In this document: one piece after another, positions 59,401 through 64,000 of the stretch
How the letters are laid out: the number at the start of each line of letters is the position of its first letter
Position numbering within the stretch: the stretch's first letter is position 1
Assembly: GCA_043228905.1 (NCBI GenBank)
Contig: JBHGNT010000005.1
Span: forward strand, 3,348,001 to 3,412,000
Source: Azolla caroliniana
Taxonomy: Eukaryota > Plantae > Polypodiophyta
DNA: 64,000 nucleotides
Direction: 5' to 3'
The notes under the pieces: generated by a model
The model's input: only the letters and a program-made list of their open reading frames with translations
Database searches by the model: none
What the model was told of the DNA's origin: nothing
Position numbers and translations under genes: made by a program

Positions 59401-60083
59401 CTGTTGAATTTGCCGGAAAAGTATTCTTTCCCACCATCCGACCGCAGGCATTTGATCTTCCTCTTCGATTCCCGTTCCACCATGCTTTGGAGACTCCGGA
59501 AACACTCAAAGACTTCACTCTTCCGCTCAATGAGGTAGATCCATGTATGCCGCGTATAGTCGTCGATGAAGGAGACGAAATATCGACTCCCGCCAAGACT
59601 AACATTCTGTGCCGGTCCCCACACATCCGAATGGATAAGGTCGAGCTTGTTACGGCTCCGGTTACGTTCGGTGGGGAATGCAAGCCAGTGTTGCTTCCCG
59701 AGTTGGTAGGCTTCATATACTTGGGCCTTCCGGCCGCTAAACTTCGGCAAACTGAAAACAACTTGTTTCGTTTGCAGGTCTTGAAGCCTCCGGTAATTGA
59801 CGTGGCCTATCCGCTTGTGCCATAGGTCGATGTCCGATTCGACCTTCTGTCCTTTTGCAAACAGAGCGGTGCCGACGTCATTGGTGTCGAGGATAAAGAT
59901 ACTCCCGTCTCTGCGCCCTTGCGCAATAATCTGGCCCTCTTCCTCGATGAAGCACCCGAGGTGCGTAAACCGCACCTGCATCCCTTGGTCGACGATCTGT
60001 CCGACCGACACCAGGTTCTTCGTGATCATCGCAACGTGTAATACGTTCATAAGCTTCCCCTTCTGTCTAACGTGGCTCAAAGG
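55988..60083 (-). mobile_element. Ty1/Copia element 1 (3' part), decayed and interrupted by Copia element 2
   Basis: GAG-pre-integrase LWHKRIGH. Integrase IHSDVWGP and QQNGVAERKNR. RT motifs CKWVYK, QMDVKNAFL, SLYGLKQAPRAW and YVDDL. RNase H TKHIEVHYHFVRE. Several stops and frameshifts. PPT at 56413-24. Confidence 0.93.
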
Positions 60084-60822
60084 TGTTAAACACAGTGCTC
60101 GGCCACAACCGAGGAATAGGATTAACTCACAGAAAACAGGAAATACAAAATGCACGAAGACAATAGAGGGAAGAGTACACAGGATGTTTTACGTGGAAAA
60201 CCCTAAATGGGAAAAACCACGGGAGTCCTCAAACTCCAACTATCACTATAAACAGAGATGTACAATGGTGAAGCTACAAGGCAACAACCTTGAGCTCACT
60301 GTCTTCGCCACAGGCGGCGGTAATACACAGAGGCAACGACCTCTTCGTCTCTCTCTCTCCCTCTCTCTCTCTCGGCTGCTCACTTAGCTCCCTCTAAGTG
60401 GAAAATCAGAAAAATGAGTAACAGCATGTAAACTGTTTGCCCTAAGTCATATTTATACACATATGACTTTCGGGCCATTTACAAATATAGCCTCAAGGGC
60501 CCTTGGCAAACATATTCACAAATATGTCCCCGCATCCGGATCTCTCTCCGGGTACATTCGTCATCCGGCTCCGTAACCGGGGTCTTCATCATCCGGCTCC
60601 GTAGCCGGGGTCTTCATCATCCGGCTCCGTAGCCGGGGTCTTCATCATCCGGCTCCGTAGCCGGGTACTCTTCATCCGGCTTCATGCCGGGTACTCTTCA
60701 TGCCGGGTACTCTTCATCCGGCTTCATGCCGGGTACTCTTCATCCTCCGGTTCCGTAACCGCAACCGGGCTTGCCGTCATTCATCTCCGGACATCCCATC
60801 CGGAGGGACCGAAATCCCAACA
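60084..60822 (-). repeat. 3' LTR of Copia element 2, with a 28-bp tandem array at 60561-60745
   Basis: TG...CA ends. Homologous to solo LTR 7674-8377. CATCCGGCTCCGTA at 60562, 60590, 60618 and 60646. Confidence 0.9.
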
Positions 60823-60832
60823 AACTCCCCCT

Positions 60833-63800
60833 TCACTTCGGCATGGGATGTCCCTCCAATCCGATCCTCTTCCGGCATGCTTCCAGCTTGTCGGGTGTGA
60901 GCACCTTGGTCAGCATATCCGACCCGTTCTCGTCCGTGTGGATCTTCGTCAGCACGAACTCCTTGTCTTCTATCCTTTCCCGGATCCAGTGGTATCTACG
61001 CTGGATGTGTTTCGTCCGGGAATGGTAGGCCGCGTTCTTCGCAAGGTGGATGGCACTCTGACTATCGCAGTAGAGTCGGTACTCCTCCTGCCGGATACCG
61101 AGCTCTCTAATGAAGTCCTTCATCCATATTATTTCCTTGCCGGCTTCAACAGCCGCCATGTACTCCGCCTCCGTGGTTGACAACGCAACCGTCTTCTGCA
61201 GCCTCGACTGCCACGAAACAGCTCCCCCTGCATACGTCATCACATACCCTGATGTGGACCGGCTGGTATCTGCATTAGCCGACATATCCGAGTCGGTAAA
61301 GCCGTCGAGTTCGGGCTTACAGGAGCCGAATCGGAGGCACACGTTTGCTGTGCCCTTCAGGTATCGGAGTATCCACTTGACCGCGTTCCAGTGCTCTTTG
61401 CTGGGATTGCTCATGTGCCGGCTCACCACTCCGACTGCATATCCTATGTCCGGTCTTGTACACACCATTGCGTACATCAAGCTTCCGACGGCAGAGGCAT
61501 ATGGTACTTTCATCATGTCCTCCTTCTCAGCCTTTGTCTTGGGGCTTTGCTTGCTGGACAACTTGTAGTTTGCCGGGAGGGTTGACCCGACCGGTCTTGC
61601 TTCCGACATGTTGAACCGGTGAAGTACCTTTGTCACGTACTTCTCCTGTGACAGCCACAACTGCTTCTTCTTCCGGTCCCGGATGATGTGCATCCCTAGT
61701 ATTTGCCTCGCCGGACCCAGGTCCTTCATTGAGAAAGTTCGGTGAAGCGCTTTCTTCAGCATCCGTATCTTGACCTGGTCCCGTCCAACGATCAACATGT
61801 CGTCCACGTACAGGAGGAGTATTAGAAAGTCTCCTCCTTCGAACTTCTTCACAAACACGCAGTGATCGGACTGCGTTTTGTGGTACCCTTCGTCGGTCAT
61901 GAAGGAGTCGAACTTCCGGTACCACTGCCGGGGAGCCTGCTTCAGTCCGTAAAGGCTCTTCTTCAACCGGCATACCAGGTGCTCCTTCCCTTTCTTCTCG
62001 AATCCTTCCGGTTGCTGCATGTAGATCTCTTCTTCGAGGTCACCGTGAAGGAATGTCGTCTTCACGTCCATCTGTTCTACCTCGAGGTCCATGCTTGCCG
62101 CTATGCTCAGCACCGTCCGGATGGAGGTCATCTTCACTACCGGGGCAAATATCTCGTCGAAGTCGACGCCCTTCTTTTGCTGGAACCCCTTCACCACGAT
62201 CCTGGCTTTGTATCTCGGGGGGTTTCCGGCATCTCCCGGTTTCAGCTTGAACACCCACTTGTTTCGAAGTGCCCGTTTTCTTTCGGTAACTCCACAAGTT
62301 CATATGTGTGGTTCTCATGCAGGGAATCCATCTCCTCCTGCATGGCACTTAACCACCTGCGGCTATGGGTGTCAAGCTTTGCTTCTTCAAAACTCTCCGG
62401 CTCCCCCTCGTCGGTTAGCAGCACGTGCTCTGGTTCCGGAAATCTCCGGGGGGCCCTTCTCTCTCTTAGAGGATATCTCCGTTCCGGAGCTTCGGTAACC
62501 GGCTCCTCCGTTTCCTCTTCACCCGAATCCATTTCGGGATCGGGGCCGGTTCCGGTATCAGTTTCATCTTCCTCGGCCGGTTCTGTTTCTTCACCGTCTT
62601 CGGCCGGATCCTCGAGTGCTAACCGGTCCCTTGCCGGTCGGGACTGCTCCTCGTAGAGTTGATCCTCACCGGTCGACTTGGAGCTCTTCATCTTCTTCTC
62701 CGACTCCCAGTCGGCGAGTGTCTTGTCCTCCATGAAGATGATATCCCGACTCCGGAATATCTTTTTGTCGACCGGGTCCCATACTCGGTAGCCGAACTCG
62801 TCATCGCCGTAACCGAGGAATATGCATGGCCGGGTCTTTGGATCTAGCTTTCCTCTCCGGTCCTTTGCCACATGCACATATGCGAGACACCCGAACACCT
62901 TCAGATGCCGGTAGGATACTTCCCTACCGGTCCACACTCTCTGCGGCGTGTCTCCATCCAGGGGTACTGAGGGTGATCTATTTATCACATATGTCGCCGT
63001 CGACATTGCCTCAGCCCAAAATCCCTTGGGTAATTTCGCATGCGCCAGCATACTCCGGACCCTCTCCATTATGGTCCGGTTCATCCTCTCGGCCAGCCCG
63101 TTCAGTTCCGGCGTCTTCGGCACAGTAAACTCGAGCCGGATTCCCTTCGAGCGACAGTACTCCTCGAACTGCCCCCGGTATTCCCCTCCGTTATCCGCTC
63201 GTATCGCTTTCAGCTTCTTGCCGGATTCCCTTTCCACTCTCGCGTGGAGTTCTTTGAAGACGCACAACACTTGGTCCTTTGTCTTCAACGGTGCCGTCCA
63301 CAGCTTCCGGCTGTGGTCATCAATGAATGTCACGAAGTACTGGGCTCCGCCATGTGACTTCGTTTCTACTTGACACACGTCAGTGTGCACCAACTCCAAT
63401 GGTGCGCTACGTCTCGTCGGTGGCCTTGAGTGGAAGGAGGTCCGGTTTTGCTTACCGGCCAGACAGTCGGTACACTTCCCCAAGTGTACGTGCTTTACCG
63501 GTATCAGGTTGTCTTCGGCAAGCCTCTTCATCCCCTTCTCGCTCATGTGGCACAGTCTCTTGTGCCACAGCTCACCGGCAATTTCAGCTGCCACGTTCAG
63601 CTCCTCCGGACATAGCCGGGAATTCATCAGGTACAGTGTGTTGACCTTCCGGGCCCGAGCCACTATCAGGCTCCCTTTGCTGAACTTCATGACACCGTTC
63701 CGGATGCTACCCGTGTAGCCTTCATCGTCTAGCCTCCCGGCCGAAATCAGGTTCAATCGAACCTCCGGAACGTGTCGGACATCCTTCAGCAGCATCTTGC

Positions 63801-64000
63801 ATCCGGTTGATGTCGTCAGCCACACGTCTCCTATGCCGGCAATCCGGCATGTACCTTCATTTCCCATCCGGACACAGCCGTGCTCACCGGCTGTATAGGA
63901 TGAGAAGTATTTCTTCTCCGGGGTCAGGTGGAACGACGCTCCGGAATCGACCACCCAGGTCATCTCTTCACCGGCAAGGTTCAGCTCCCTCTCTTCGGTA
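60833..64000 (-). pseudogene. pol: Copia pol (PR-INT-RT-RH) with one frameshift near 62280
   Basis: ORFs 62242-63963 and 60833-62254 join if one base is restored (ELPK-xKRALRNKWVFKLK). The stop codon abuts the PPT. Confidence 0.92.

Larger units (their letters stand above)
60084..64000 (-). mobile_element. Ty1/Copia element 2 (Tnt1-like pol), nested in element 1 and running off the window
   Basis: Protease WVVDSGASFH. Integrase VHTDVC and ELNGLAERMNR. RT LLLYVDDML. RNase H TKHIQRRYH. PPT at 60823-34. LTR at 60084-60822. Confidence 0.95.

Overview
Eukaryotic land-plant genomic DNA, probably a non-seed plant such as a fern (inferred from the gene and transposon types, not proven). About half the window is nested retroelements. 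In order: (1) an old L1-type LINE 3' remnant (1-8750) interrupted by a very young, intact, GC-rich Ty3/Gypsy element (345-7469, 697-bp LTRs with no visible mismatch, 4-bp TSD, tRNA-Trp PBS) and by a Copia solo LTR (7674-8377); (2) a ~153-bp satellite, a solo LTR with a heat-shock element and a hAT-type MITE; (3) a second, decayed copy of the same Gypsy family (11229-18195); (4) a full-length but disabled L1 LINE (18972-25279); (5) two minus-strand host genes, a 6-exon SOSEKI (DIX-like/DUF966) polarity gene (33229-36587) and a 13-exon AKT1-like Shaker K+ channel (45685-53545); (6) two nested minus-strand Ty1/Copia elements at the right end. The best-supported signal comes from comparing the two Gypsy copies: a -1 frameshift cassette placed after the protease (G GAU UUU slippery site, 6-nt spacer, H-type pseudoknot whose pairing is kept in both copies), a DHG protease motif, and retrovirus-like U5/leader RNA stems around the PBS. 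Also notable are a SOSEKI frame that stops at the start of its expected zinc finger next to telomeric repeats, CCGG-palindrome arrays shared by different Copia LTRs, and a duplicated first exon and GC-AG intron in the K+ channel. Everything was read by eye; no alignments, folding or database searches were run.
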